DNA from: Eledone cirrhosa
Taxonomy: Eukaryota
Reading direction: 5' to 3'
Length of the DNA stretch: 64,000 bases
Assembly: GCA_964016885.1 (NCBI GenBank)
Contig: OZ024744.1
Span: 102,610,001-102,674,000, forward strand
Below, one piece after another: positions 41,376 through 55,063 of the stretch. The notes below the pieces were generated by a model that saw only the letters and a list, made by a program, of their open reading frames with translations, was not told the origin of the DNA and did no database searches. How positions within the stretch are numbered: the first letter of the stretch is position 1; each line of letters begins with the position of its first letter. The translations under genes were made by a program, and so were the position numbers.

Positions 41376-41678
41376 ATCATCATCATCATCATCATCATCA
41401 TCACCAGCAGCAGCACTGCACCCATCGCCACCACTGCACCCACCATCACCAACACCAACACCATCACTACCTCCACCACTACCACCACTACAACCACCAC
41501 CACCACAGAAACCATCACTACCTTCACCACTGCAACCACCTCCACCACCACCACTGCAACCACCACCACCAACAACAACAACCACCACCACCACAGAAAC
41601 CATCACTACCTTCACCACTGCAACCACCTCCACCACCACCACTGCAACCACCACCACCTTCATCATCATCATCATCAT
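41376..41678. repeat. Compound (CAT)n/(CAC)n trinucleotide repeat with internal duplication
   Basis: Directly visible; adjoins a decayed retroposon tail. Confidence 0.9.
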
Positions 41679-42161
41679 TCAACATTTTCCATGCTTCCAT
41701 TATAAGGGCAGACAAGTCAGGCGAACACATTTTGTTCATACATATCATTTTTGATTCGGTTTTCTATGACTGGATGGATGCTCTTCCTAATGCTAAACAC
41801 CTTAGAATGTCGACTGGATGGTTTCTCCTTGGCGCCAGCACGATCAACTTACAGTGTGGACTGGGAGCTTATTGTCGTTATATACGTACAACCATTTTAC
41901 AGGGTGAATTAGGTGCTTTTTTTTTATTTTGTGGACCAGTAATATAGAGAGTGAATAACATTCCCACCAAATCAATAACTCATTCTTGAAGGGAGTTAAT
42001 AAGTACTGTGTGAAAATGTTTCATATGTTCAGCAAACGATTCCTGGGAAAAAAAATCTAGGAGGCTATGGAATGTGGTAGAGACAGATGTTACGATGAAC
42101 TGATATAGTATCTAGAGAAATGGCAATATAAAATTATGCATTTATCCTGTGATTTTGATGA

Positions 42162-42389
42162 TTAACCCATTAGCATTTACATTACTCTATATTTACTATT
42201 ATATTTTCATGGTAAAGGCTTTACCTCACATAATTATCGCATATAATATTGAATCTATGAGATTTTGATAGTATTTATTTTGAGAACAATACTTTAACAT
42301 CAGTATGCATGGCCAGTTACAGCTGGTTTGTACAGAAAGAGGTGAGAGAATTCTGGTTAGTTATGGCTGGTTTAAATGCTAAGGGGTAA
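42162..42389. mobile_element. Possible piggyBac-type MITE
   Basis: ttaa-cccattagcattta ... taaatgctaaggg-gtaa termini. Confidence 0.5.
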
Positions 42390-42976
42390 AATAAATAACA
42401 AACAAAAAAAATGCACAATATTGGATGCAACAAAATGGAAATTGTTCAGTGTTGGTGAATACTACAGACAAACATTTTAATGATAATATATAACAAAATA
42501 AGCAATTAACCACTTAACGATAAAATTCCTCTTTTTAAAACTAACATTTAACTTTTTTTAAAAATCAGAATAAACCAATGATTTGCATATCTTGCTCATA
42601 CATTCTCATACACCAACATTGAGGCTCAGCATTCTCATACCCAATCAGTGAGGCCCAACACACTCACACACACACAATGAGGGCTCAACATTCTCATACA
42701 TACACCAACGTTGAAGCTTAACACTCTCATACATTAACAGTGAGGCTCAACATTCTCATACAGCCTCAGTGAGGCTTAACATTCTCATACATCATCAGTA
42801 AGGTTCAACATTCCCATACATACACCAACATTCAAGCTTAACACCCTCATATATTAACAGTGAGGCTCAACATTCTCATACAGCCTCAGTGAGGCTTAAC
42901 ACTCTCATACATTAAAGGTGAGGCTCAACATTCTCATACACAAACAGTGAGGCTCAACTATCTCATATTTAATTGC

Positions 42977-44393
42977 TTAAACAAGTCTTGTTGGGATGCC
43001 ATACAAAGGTAGAATTTCAAACAGAATGTCTCTGTTTATGCTGTCAAAAGCTTTTCTAAAGTCAACAAAAACTTGGAGTTTCTCATCTCTTCTCAAGACC
43101 AAAATCTGTGCACATGTAGATCTACCATACCTAAAACTGTTTTGGTTGATGCGAAGGATTGGATCAACATATAGAACTATACAGTTGAGGATTAGCTTGT
43201 TGTAGATCTTGGCAGCAATGGACATAAGTGATATTCCACGGTAGTTTTTGAGGGATGATAGATCACCTTTTTTTGAGAAAGGAACTATGCTTGCTTTTAA
43301 CTAACTTGTTGGAGGAGTTTTGTTGCTTAAGGTGTTGTTGCAGATTTATAATAGAATTGAAGTAAGGTTTGGGTCTTTCCAAATTATACTGGGTATGTTG
43401 TCGAGGTCTGTATCTCAACACAAGTGCTACTATCATCACCCCTGATGGCCCAACAGAGTTTTTTGACATCTCAGCAGGTGTGCTGCAGGGTGACACTCTT
43501 GCCCCATTCCTCTTCATCATTGCCCTAGAACACGTCCTGAGATTCCCAATTGACAAAATCAATAACAAAGGTATAACCATCAAACCCCGCATGAGCTCTA
43601 GGCACCCCTCTAGGCACCCCTCTAAACATCTCACTGAGCTTGACTTTGTGGATGACATTGTGCTTCTTGTAGATTACCTAGAAAATGCACAACTTTTGAC
43701 ATCTCTCCAGGAACCAGCCACCCTCGTTGGCCTTCATCTCAGTGAGGGTAAAACAGAGTACATATGAAACTGTACAGGTAACAGCATCAAAGCAATCAAC
43801 AGCAGTGGCATCAAGCAAGTCGAGGATTTCAAGTATCTTGGGTCCTGGATCATGGACTCTGAGAAGGATTTCGCACCAGAAAGGCCCAAGCATGGTCAGC
43901 TTACAACAAGATGGATCGAGTTTAGCACTCAAATTTTTCCAACCACAACAAAATAAGACTCTTCCAAATAACAATTCAACTAATTTTACTATATGGAAGT
44001 GAAACATGGACGCTTTCATCCAAACAACAAAAGCACCTTGATGGTACCTACAGTCGCCTGCTTCAATGCATTCAGAACATAAGCTGGCAACATTTGACCT
44101 TGAGAGAGATATATGCTGGCCTCCCATGCATATCTGTTGTTGTACGTAAAAGGAGAGCAAGATTTGCTGGCCACTGCCATCGTGCCACCTCTGGGGCTGT
44201 GTCCCCCATTAGTGCTTTGGAAACCACAAGCAGTCACTAATAACAGGGGTCACAAGCTCTCCTACCCTGATGTCATCTCCAGAGATTCTAGTATTAAAAT
44301 CGAGGACTTGGCAACAGAAATGAACGGCAGACCCACGTGGAGATCAATTGTTGAGTCAATTTCAGCTGAGGCTGTCGGATGATGGATAATGAT
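42977..44393 (+). mobile_element. RTE-type LINE, decayed, with inverted 5' segment
   Basis: Minus part 42977-43280 (DFRKAFDSI..YGIPTRLV) precedes plus part ~43404-44393 (GVLQGDTLAPFLF, LDFVDDI); (gat)n tail. Confidence 0.85.
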
Positions 44394-44482
44394 CTCATAC
44401 ACCAAAAATGAGACTTAACACTGTCATACACTATCAGTTAGGCTTGACAGTCTTATATTTCATCAATGAGGCTCAACATTCT

Positions 44483-47400
44483 TGTGGGGATGGTGTGGTG
44501 GTGTGGAGGAGGTGACTGGAAGTTGGGGACGATCGACCGGAGGCAGAAGAGGAAGTGATGTGAGATGCGTACCCAGGAGCATCCATGGGCCCTCTTTTTC
44601 GGCTGTGACCCGCGACGAATGGATGATACCCATGTGGATGAGCCTAGTTCGTTGAGTGAGCTAGCAGAATTGCAGTAAGTGCAGTAGCTTTCTCATTACA
44701 AACTATTTCGGCATCTGAAGATTTACAATTGAAAAAAAAAAGAAAAAAAAGGAAGAATTTTTTTTTTAAGACAAAGCTACTGGAAAACAGAGAGGATTCT
44801 GTTGTTTGTTACTTACCGCAGGACTAAGGAGATGGTGATGAGATTACGGATGAACGGAGAAGTAATTAGAGCTTTTACCGGTGAAGGTGACGTCGTCACC
44901 TGGATGCGAAAGGTTCGGCTGGTCGCTGAGCTACAAAAGATAGATGATGTAGCGGGCCTCATCGCACTTTATCTCGAAGGTGACATGCTAGCATTGCACC
45001 ACGAGATGGACGACCTCAGCCAGAAGGACGCGCAAAAAATTGAGCAGCGTATGATATAAGGTTCGCAGTGGGACCGCTTACCGCGTTTGCTAAGTTGGCA
45101 AGGATTAGGTGGAATGGTGAGCGTGTGGATATTTTTGCAGCGGTGATAAGGCGATTGGCCATGCTGGCTGGGTTTCAGATGGAATGTGAATATACAGTGC
45201 AGTTGGCGTTCATAAACGGATTTCTGGATGACATCGCAGTGAAACTGCAGCAAATACCCGGCTACAAGGAAATGGAGATGCGTGCATCATAGCAGAGGAT
45301 GCCAAGAAGAGTGTTGCAGCAATAGCAGCGACAGGGGCCCGGGGCAGCTGACAGCAAAATGGCGAAAGGGAGACAAACATGGCGCGCAGTCGCCCGCGAA
45401 CGTTTAGAGGTCATTGTTTTAGGTGCCAGGGCGCGCACATGGCGAGAGACTGTAGAGAGTCAAGGCCGGACATAATGTGCTACTGGTGTAAGCGGCCAGG
45501 CCACATCGCTACCAATTGCGACCAGGGAAATGGTCCAAGGGGGGCTACTGCCCTCACGAGTAGAGGTGCTGCCCATGGTGAAAGTCTTTGTGAGGGGAAA
45601 GCCATTACGAGCCCTCGTGGACATGGGCTGCACGACAACGCTAGTGACCACGAGGGTGGTGCAGAAGTGGAGAGGGAAGAGTAGAGTAAAGGCAGTCGAC
45701 GGTAGGAAGATTGAATGCTGAGGTCGCAGTGAGGTGGAGATGGTAGTACGGGGAAAGAAAATAAGGCTTTCGACCATTGTGATCGACTGCGTGGTGGATG
45801 GAATCGGCGTAGTTATGAACATTTACGCGATTGGCTGTTTAGGAGGCATCACAGTGAACGATGGCGGCGTGACGTTTGGCAGCGCTGTGAGTACGCGACA
45901 GGAGAATGAGAAGGCCCACAAGGAAAAATAAGCCGCTTACACTATACAGGATAAGAACTTCAAGGCCGTGTTCGACGGGCAATGATGGGTTGTTGAGTGG
46001 TACTGGAAGGGAGAACCACCAACACTGAAGAACAAAGTGGGCTGCTATCAGCACACATTGAAAGGAGACACTAGGAGAGAGTTTGAGCAAGAGGTAGAGA
46101 GATGGATCAAGGAGGGCATACTGCTTCCCTGGAAAGAGGAGGTGATGTGTGGGGTACTGCTGTTAATGGTGGTGGCGCAACCCACGAAGAACAAGGTGAG
46201 ACCAGTATTGGATTTTTGGGAGCTGAATGAGCACGTGTCATGCCACATGTGTGGCGAGGTCACGGATGTCTGTGGGGAATCCCTGCGTGAGTGGAGACGT
46301 ATGACGGGGGCTTCCACAATCATCGATTTAAAGTCGGCATATCTACAGCTACACGTGGAGGAGAAGCTGTGGGAGTATCAGCTGGTCAGGTATAAGGCTC
46401 GGACATATTGCCTGACCAGGCTCGGCTTCGGGCTGAACTCAAGACCATTCTGGGAAAGGCCGACAAGATGAAGAGAGCTACCAATTCCTACATCGACGAC
46501 ATCCTAGTGGACGAGACTGCAGTGTTGGTGGCGGAGGTCACGAGCCATTTACAAGGGCATGAATTGACTGCGAAGCCGTCGGAGGCATTGGAGGGAGGAG
46601 CCGCGCTGGGACTTAGGCTGCGAAGAGACAGGACGGGCAAGTTAGTATTTCGAAGGGGAAATGAAGTCCCGGAACTGGGCCCAAATATGAATAGACGGGA
46701 ACTCTTCTCGGCATGTGGAAAATTGGTGGGTCACTACCCAATCGCTGGGTGGCTCTGGATGGCATGCAGCTATGTCGACGAGCAGATGCGGTGACTTGGA
46801 GTGATAAAGTGGGAGAGAGGATGATGGCCATGATGCAGGAGATCATGGGGAGGGTGAAGGCCGATGACCCGGTGCGAGGACGCTGGTATGTCCCCGAATC
46901 GCAGAGCGGAACCGTATGGTGCGATGCCAGCAGCATTAGCGCTAGGTGTCACGCTGGAAATAAGAGGTGTCGAGGTCGAGGATGTAGCCTGGCTCAGGAA
47001 GAAAGATGATTGAAACCACATCAATGTGGCCGAGCTGGACGCGGTGTTGAGAGGGGTGAACCTCGCTTTGAGGTGAGGACTGCGCACCGTTGAGATTCTC
47101 ACCGACTTGGCCTCTGTACTCGGATGGGTGAGATCAGTACTTACCAGTGAGAAGAGAGTGCAAACGAGATGGGCAGCAGAAATGCTGATAAAGCGCCGCC
47201 TGGGAACTCTAGGAGAGCTGGCCGCCGAGTTCGACCTGAGCTTGAGTGTAGTCCTCGTGCCCTCAGAGAAAAATAGAGCAGACGTTCTAACCAGGGTGAA
47301 GAAAACCTGGATGGAAGTGCCGGAGGATGTAGAAGAAGGGATAGCTGCTGTGTGTCGGCTGAGCGAGTCGGAACTTAAAGGGTTGCATGACATGCACCAC

Positions 47401-48245
47401 ATGGGAGTGGATAGGACCCTGTTCCTAGCCAGGAGAATTGACTCCGGTGTTAGCAGACACAGTGTCCAGAAAGTGGTCAGAGGCTGCGTCCGATGTCAGT
47501 CTATCGATCCCGCCCCGGGTGCGCACAAGACGGGAAGTCTCCCGGTGGATCGCAACTGGAAGTGATTGGCGGTGGACATAACACACTACCGACAGGGACC
47601 ATACCTCTCGATGGTTGACTGTGGACCGGGATGGATGGCGATATGGAGAGAAATGAAGACGGGAACTGCGGAGGAAATCACACCGACGTTGAGAGAGATA
47701 TTCTTGGAGCGGGGCCCTGTGGAGGAACTGCTGATGGACAACAGCACAGCGTTCCACTTGGAGGCGCTGAGGGAGATGCTTGATGGGTGGAAGGTGGGCC
47801 GCTTCTTCAGAGCAGCATACAGGCCGAACGGAAATGGAATCGTGGAGCGACACCACTGCACAATCAAAATGGAGCGGTGGCACATCTCACCAATGGAGGC
47901 AGTGTTTTGGTACAACATGTCCCCTCGGGTGGGACAGGCTGAGGAATCGGTATCACACAGAGCAATATACAGATACGAGTGGTGGCACCCGTGCACTGTC
48001 CCACAACAGCCAGTGGAGAGAGAGAACGCATTCGTACAGGTGGGCGAAGAAGTCTGGGTTAAGCCCCCAGATGTACGTTGCACATCTCAATGGGGAAAAG
48101 GAATGGTAATGGCCGTAAATTCCCAGAATAACGTGTCCGTGGACGGAGTGCCACATCATATCCTGGATGTCCGTAGAGTCGTTGTGTCGACGGACTCCGA
48201 GGAAGAGGAAATCCAAAGCGCCGCCCCAACATTACGGAGATCGTC
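44483..48245 (+). mobile_element. Gypsy LTR retrotransposon (putative 5' LTR 44483-44727, gag-pol pseudogene, 3' LTR missing)
   Basis: Two Zn knuckles, protease ALVDMGC, RT DLKSAY/YIDDI, RNase H WCDAS, integrase HHCC and D-D-E (NGIVER); multiple stops. Confidence 0.92.
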
Positions 48246-50557
48246 AATGTGTCTCAAGACTCTCATACAAAAAGAATGAGGTTCAACATTCTCATGCATC
48301 ATCAGTGAGGCCCATCTCAAAATTCACCAGTGAGGCATAACATTCTCATATATCTGAGTGAGGTTCAAAATTCTCATACATCATCAGTGAGGCTCAACTC
48401 GCCTACATCATCAGTGCTGTTCAACATTCTCATAACTCATCAATGAAACTCAACAATCTCATACAACATCCATGAGACTCAAGTCTCCTATATCAACAGA
48501 GGGGCTCATTATTCTCATATGTCATGAATAAAGCTCTATATTGTCATACAACATCAGTGTGGCTCAACATTCTCGTACAGCATCATGAGGCTCAGCATTG
48601 TCATAGATCATCAGTGAGTCTCAATTTTCATATCAGTCATCAGTAAGGCTCAACACACTCATACACCATAAGTGAAGCTCAATATTATCATACGCTGTCA
48701 GTGAAGCACAACAACCAATAAAAGTAAGCTCAACATTCTCATACTCTAACAGTGAAGCTCAATGCTCTTATCTCAAAAATGAGGCTCAACATTCTCATAC
48801 ACCATCACTGAGGCTCTACCTACTCATACACCATCAGTAAGGTTAAACACTCTCATACTACATCAACAATTTGGCTCAACATTCTCATACATCAACTGAG
48901 AGGCTCACCACTCTCATACCTAAAAAATGTGGCTCAACATTCTCATACACCATCAGAGGGGCTCAACACTCTCATACATCAGCAGTAAAGCTCAACATTC
49001 TCATACATCAACTGAGAGGCTCACCACTCTCATACATCAAGAATGTGGCTCAACATTCTCATACACCATCAGAGGGGCTCAACACTCTCATACATAAACA
49101 GTGAGGCTTGAGATTCTCATACATCAATAGCAAGGTTCAACATTCTCATACACCATCAGAGGGGCTCAACACTCTCATACATCAAGAGTGTGGCTCAACA
49201 TCTCATACACCATCAGAGGGGCTCAACACTCTCATACATCAACAGTGAGGCTTGAGATTCTCATACATCAGCAGCAAGGCTCAAAATTCTCATACACCAT
49301 CAGAGGGGCTCAACATTCTCATACACCATCAAAGGGGCTCAACACTCTCATACAGCAATAGTGAGGCTTGAGATTCTCACACATCATAAGTGTGGTTCAA
49401 TATTCTCAGACAACATCATGAGGCTCAACATTCTCATACAACATAAGCATAGCTCAACATTCTCATACAACAGCATGAGGCTCAACGTTACCATACACTA
49501 TCACTGAGGCTCAACATTGACATACATAAACTGTCAGGCTCAACATTCTCATAAATCAACAATGAAGCTGGCTCAACACTCTCATGCATCAACATTCATA
49601 AACCATTGCTGAGGCTCAACATTCTTATACATCAAGTGTGAGGCTCAACTTCCTCATACATCAACAGTGAGGCTCAGCTAAGTCATACACTATCAGTGAG
49701 GCTCAAAATTCTCATACACCATCAATGAAACACAACATTGTCATACATCATCAGTGAGACTCAACATTCTCAGACACCAAAAGTGAAACTCAGCACACTC
49801 CTACATCATCAGTGAAACTCAACATTCTCATACCCCAACAGTGATGTTTAACCCTCTTATGAGGCTCCATAATCTCATTTATCAATAGTGAAGCTCAACA
49901 CATTAATATGTTATCAGTGAGGCTTAACATGCTCATATACACAATTAGTGAGGCTTAACATTCTCAGTGAGGCTCAACACTCTCATACCTCAACAGTGAG
50001 GCTTAACGCTCATATATCAACGGTGAGGCTCAAAATGCTCATACACAATCAGTGAGGCCCAACATTCTCATACCCCAACGGTGATGTTCAACCCTCATAT
50101 ACAGCCTCAGTGAGGTTCAACATTCTTAGATATCAACAGTGAAACTCAACACTCTCAGACACCATCAGTGGGACTCAACATTCTTATACATCAACAGTGA
50201 GGCTCAAAATTGTCATACATCAACAGTCATATATCATTAGTGTGGCTCAACATTCTGAAACAACAGCAGTGAAGCTCACCAATATGACACATCAACAGTG
50301 AGGCTTAACATTCTCAGACACACAGTGAGGATTAACTTTCTTATACATCATCAGCGAAGCTCAACATTCTCATACATCAACTGTGAGGCTTTACAATCTT
50401 ATATATCAACATTGAGGCTCAACACTCTCATATATCATTAGGGAGGCTCAACACTCACATACACCAACAGTGAGGCTCAACACTCTCATACATCATTAGT
50501 GGGGCTCAACATTCTCATGGGCTTCAATGGTAAATATGTTATTTATATTGTCTAATG

Positions 50558-50628
50558 GATTCTGAAGAAACCAATACAGAGGAAAATAATGGAATACCTT
50601 ACTGTATCGATAGAAATGTTCGTAAATC
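50558..50628 (+). ncRNA. Type I hammerhead ribozyme, partly decayed
   Basis: GATT-CTGAAGA-A-accaATACAG..CTGTATcgat-A-GAAAT-GTTC-GTA-AATC. Confidence 0.72.
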
Positions 50629-50686
50629 AATAATATAATTTAATGTAATTTAATACTGGTTTTTATATATATATACACAGATACAT

Positions 50687-50737
<51 letters not shown>

Positions 50738-50740
<3 letters not shown>

Positions 50741-51016
50741 ACATCATTTTATGTCCACTTTTTCCCTGCCTGCAAGAGTGGGACGGGAACTGATTCTGGC
50801 TTGATTTCTACAGCTGAATGCCCTTCCTAACACCAACCTCATTTACAGTGAGTGCGGAGTGCTTTTTTGCCGTGGCACCTCCACGACCACTTTGCAGTGG
50901 AATGATAGGGACCCTAGTCCCTATCATCACATTTCTACAGCTGAGTAAACTGGAGCAATGTGAAATAAAGTGTCTTGCTCAAGGAAACAACACATCACCC
51001 GGTCTGAGAATTGAAC
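50738..51016 (-). mobile_element. SINE family B, cut by assembly gap
   Basis: Matches family B. Confidence 0.85.
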
Positions 51017-51216
51017 NNNNNNNNNNNNNNNNNNNNNNNNNNNNNNNNNNNNNNNNNNNNNNNNNNNNNNNNNNNNNNNNNNNNNNNNNNNNNNNNNNNN
51101 NNNNNNNNNNNNNNNNNNNNNNNNNNNNNNNNNNNNNNNNNNNNNNNNNNNNNNNNNNNNNNNNNNNNNNNNNNNNNNNNNNNNNNNNNNNNNNNNNNNN
51201 NNNNNNNNNNNNNNNN
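51017..51216. other. Assembly gap (200 N)
   Basis: Run of n. Confidence 1.
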
Positions 51217-52085
51217 AATCAGGGTGGAATATCTGCAGATTTCTCATCAGTTCTGCATAAATATTCTCCTTTTCGCTAATCTTTGATATTATATTGGCAT
51301 CTGCTGGGCAACTAATTTCCACTACTGAGCATGCTTTCTTCTCCCTGTCCCATATCATTATGTCTGTTATGCCTGCATTTTATTGGGGTTTTTACTGAAA
51401 CATTCCATTTGTACTCTTTCAAATTATGTACATGGATGTCTTCCACATTGCTGTAGCTTTTAATGTGTTTATTATCGGGGCTATCTTTTTTACGAACTGC
51501 ATTGTACAGTGTTTTGGCTACTACATCATGCCTCATAGGTAGATAGTACCGCGATGACATCTTTGGATAGCTGCTGATGACATAGGTGATATCCTCGATG
51601 TTAGTTCTGCAGAGTCTGCACTTATCACATCTAGGTGTTTTGCCTGCATCCCTATTTCTTTTGTGAATCAGGTATTTCGTGTTAATCTCCTGTTCTTGGA
51701 TTGCAAAAGTGTATCCTTCAAAGTGGGAGCCAATATAGCGGTTGTTGGTCCAAGATAGACTACTTTCCTTATCTATATTACTCTCACTCTGGAGCTTCCT
51801 GGCAACATATCCATGCATGATTTTTGCTGATAGGCATGCAGTTTTTCATTCATGGATTCACTGCGATACTGCTGAGTGACATCCCTGGGTGTGAGTTTTT
51901 GATTATCACACAGGGAATATCTCTCGAGGAGTTCTTCCCAACTCTCATCATCTTATCTGTTTCATGCAGATAGACTTGCTCAATAGATGGGCCCCTATGT
52001 TTGGAGGTTTGTAGATGTTGTCGGAGAGATATGATGCGACATTCAAATGTTGTCTGGACTGATGTTAGGCCTCTGCCTCCCTGTT
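51217..52085 (-). mobile_element. RLE-type LINE fragment (R4/Dong-like)
   Basis: GGRGL, MHGY, AIQEQEI.TK, CRLC...E, RHD.VA, VEISCP motifs. Confidence 0.8.
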
Positions 52086-52337
52086 TATATATATGTATGT
52101 ATGTATGTAAGATCATTCCCCCTCTCTATAATTTACTCTCTTTACTCTCTCTGTTGCTCTTCACTCTCTATATGACAACATTGTTTTAGTTTCCATATCT
52201 CCCTTCAATATATACACATAGAGAGAGAGAGAGAGAGTCGGAAGGACAATGTGACACGGGAGGGTGTGTGGTATCTTTGCAATGGAGTGGTGGGGGCAGG
52301 TATACCTAGCTGGGCACCAGCCAGATGGGCCAGCTAG

Positions 52338-52369
<32 letters not shown>

Positions 52370-52374
52370 TATAT

Positions 52375-52845
52375 ATAATTAATCAATGAAAAATTGAGTT
52401 AGTTATTTGTAATCAACTGACTCTTATATACCACAGTTGCTAAGCACTCAACGGTATATATTTATGCGGAGTATTATAATAATAATAATAATAATAATAG
52501 TAATAAATGAAAGATATATATTTTATATCATCTCTATTTATTTCATTATATATATTTCGGAGATGCAAAGTTTTATGTATAACATGAACCTAAACATGTC
52601 CTCTTCAGACAAAATACATATGAGATGTATGAATTTTCATGATATGCTGTAGTCACCGATCTGTCCAGCTCGTTTGGCTCCCAGCATATCATGAAAAATC
52701 ATACATCTCATATGTATTTTGTCTGAAGAGGACATGTTTTGGATCATGTTATACATAAAACTTTGCATCTTTGAAATATCTATATATATAATATATAAAG
52801 TAAATAGAGATGATATATCTTTCGTTTATTACTATTATTATTATT
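52375..52845. mobile_element. Fold-back Penelope-like remnant
   Basis: Arms ~52490-52648/52682-52845; tail on left with cactc..gagta; hammerheads in both arms. Confidence 0.75.
52541..52614 (-). ncRNA. Type I hammerhead ribozyme
   Basis: TTTTGT-CTGAAGA-GGA..TCC-GAAAT-ATAT-ATA-ATGAAA; decayed mirror from 52717. Confidence 0.78.
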
Positions 52846-53092
52846 GCCTTTCAGCCTTACGGAGTCGATAAAATAAAGTACCAGTAATGCACTGGGTAAT
52901 TGCTGGCCTTGTGCCAAAAAGTAGAAACAATTATTATATATAATAGAGTTAGGGCCCTTGCCATTCTGAGTTCAAATCCCGCCGAGGTTAACTTTGCCTT
53001 TCATCCTTACGGGGGTCAATAAAATAAAAAGTACCAGTAATACACTGGGTAATTGTAATCTCTGGCCTTGTGCCAAAAGTAGAAACAATTAT
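52845..53092 (+). mobile_element. Two 5'-truncated SINE family A copies
   Basis: Core and tail at ~52845-52935 and ~52965-53092. Confidence 0.78.
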
Positions 53093-53540
53093 TATATATA
53101 TATATAGTGTTGGTATATATATATATAAATATATAAATACATAATCGGAGAAAGCTAATAGCGATACTCCGGCTAAATTCCAACTCACTCAACAAACATT
53201 AGGAAATACCTGAGTATATTCCTAATTAAACGTTCGGAGTGCTAACTAATTGTATTGTGTGGAAAATTGGCTGTATCATTTCATATGAGATATATCAAAT
53301 ATATATATATATATATATATACATCATTTTATGATCGTTTCTATATATATATATATATTATTAAAATAACAGATTAAAGTTTAAGCAAAGAATCGGTGCT
53401 TTCACCCTTAACGGGATATTCTGAAACTAACAAATTTGCTCTACTAACTATTTGCTCTACGGTTCTTATATATTTGATATATATTTATCCTTATCGACCC
53501 CTCTTTGAATTTTAGTCTTCAAATTTATTATTATTACTAT

Positions 53541-53578
<38 letters not shown>

Positions 53579-53619
53579 GTAATAGTAATAAATTTTTTGG
53601 CCATCAATATATATATAAT

Positions 53620-53739
53620 TAGGGATGGCCAAAAACGATGTGTCTTGACATGTGAACTCTCATACAAATCCCATGCCATGAACCCCCTCCCCAACCCTCT
53701 CATTCACATGTCAAGACACATCATTTTTGGCCTTTCTCA
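53620..53739. repeat. Small MITE-like hairpin
   Basis: 30-bp inverted repeat 53627-53656/53703-53732; starts tagggatgg (hAT-like). Confidence 0.55.
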
Positions 53740-54029
53740 CCTGAAAGAAACCAGCCTCATTCATTTTCTATCCAACACCTTTGCAGTTTGGTAGACATGC
53801 CCCCCCCCCCCAACCACCTGTTACTTTTCACAGCTACCGTGTTACATTGTTATATGTATATGTATTGTACATAGACATATATATGCGCATAATGTGTGTG
53901 TGTATATATGAATGATGTATATATATTATAGATATGTGTTATGTTATATATGTATATATTGTATATTACATCCATAAATGTAGTTGGTGACAGGAAGGGC
54001 ATCCAGCATCTATTAAAACCCTGCCATAA

Positions 54030-54640
54030 CTGAAGCAGGTAGAGAAGTTTAAGTATCTTGGGGCCGTGTTCACGAGTGATAGAAGGCAGAAGGCTGAATT
54101 AAGTGCAAGAAATGCACCATCTTCAGTAATGAGAAAAAAGGGAGGTAGGTGTAAAAGCTAAACTTGCTATCTTCAATTCAGTTTCCATGCCAACCCTTAC
54201 CTATGGCCATGAATCTTGGGTAATGGCTGAAAGAATACGATAGCGAATACAAGTGGCCGAAATGGGATTCTTCTGAAGTGTCTTTGGAGTAACGTTTCTC
54301 GATAGAGTGTATAGCTTGGAGATCAGAGAGTCACTCCAGGTAGAGCCGCTACTTCTCCAAATTGAGACATCACAGCTCTGATACTATGGACATGTGGTTA
54401 GAAAGTCTTAGGAAAGAATCACTGGACAGATTTTATGGGCAAAACCAACTGGTAAAAGACCCAGAAGTAGATCCTAGCAAGATGGTTGGATAACATCCAT
54501 GAGTTTGGCTGGTCTCGCTTGGGGATCCAGCCTTATCAGTTGGAGATGGTTGCTTCTGACAGGACCTCCTGTAAAGAGTGTTTGAGGACTCTGCCCCTAC
54601 AACCTTCTCAGGAATAAAGGGGCAAAGAAGAAGAAGCAGA
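54030..54640 (+). mobile_element. RTE-type LINE 3' fragment (related fragment 58285-58629)
   Basis: KQVEKFKYLG.VF, LTYGHESW, YGHV.R motifs; (aga)n tail. Confidence 0.75.
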
Positions 54641-55063
54641 CCTCCGTATGCGTGTTAATGTATATTATATATGTATATTGTGTATTATGTATTATGTATT
54701 TATATACATACATTATGTGGTATATATATTGTATAAACACCTACCCAAAACATCACTAAGAGCAGGTATGGTGTGGCCAACTGGTCAGGCTTGTCTCATA
54801 ATAGTGCCACCCAGTTCAACAACTGTAAACGTGGTTGGTTTTAGGAAGGGCATCCAGCTGCAAAAATCCCAGCCAAAGTACATTTCTGTTTGAACAAAAT
54901 ATGGCACAGCTAACTGGCCAGACTTGTCTCATAACGTGGACGAGCTGTCTAACCCATGCAAGCATGGAAAAATGGATGTGAAAAGAATGATGATGCATCC
55001 ATATATACATGCACACACACACGTGTATATATATAATATATTTATAGATGTATATATATATAT

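Larger units (their letters stand above)
42593..50518. repeat. Degenerate ~29-bp satellite split by LINE and Gypsy insertions (42593-42968, 44393-44482, 48250-50518)
   Basis: Unit consensus ~gtgaggctcaacattctcatacatcaaca. Confidence 0.92.

Noticed and set aside
41106-41754. Pro/Thr-rich or Gly-rich protein
   Set aside because: Trinucleotide repeat expansion next to a retroposon tail.
44830-48245. Recoded TGA (selenocysteine/readthrough) in Gypsy pol
   Set aside because: TGA codons sit where CGA or TGG are plausible, and frameshifts and other stops coexist; ordinary decay.
48250-50518. Repeat-spacer array
   Set aside because: Variable parts are short and homologous to each other; this is a degenerate satellite.
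52300-52337. Helitron 3' end (..gctag|t)
   Set aside because: Hairpin is weak and no 5' end was identified.
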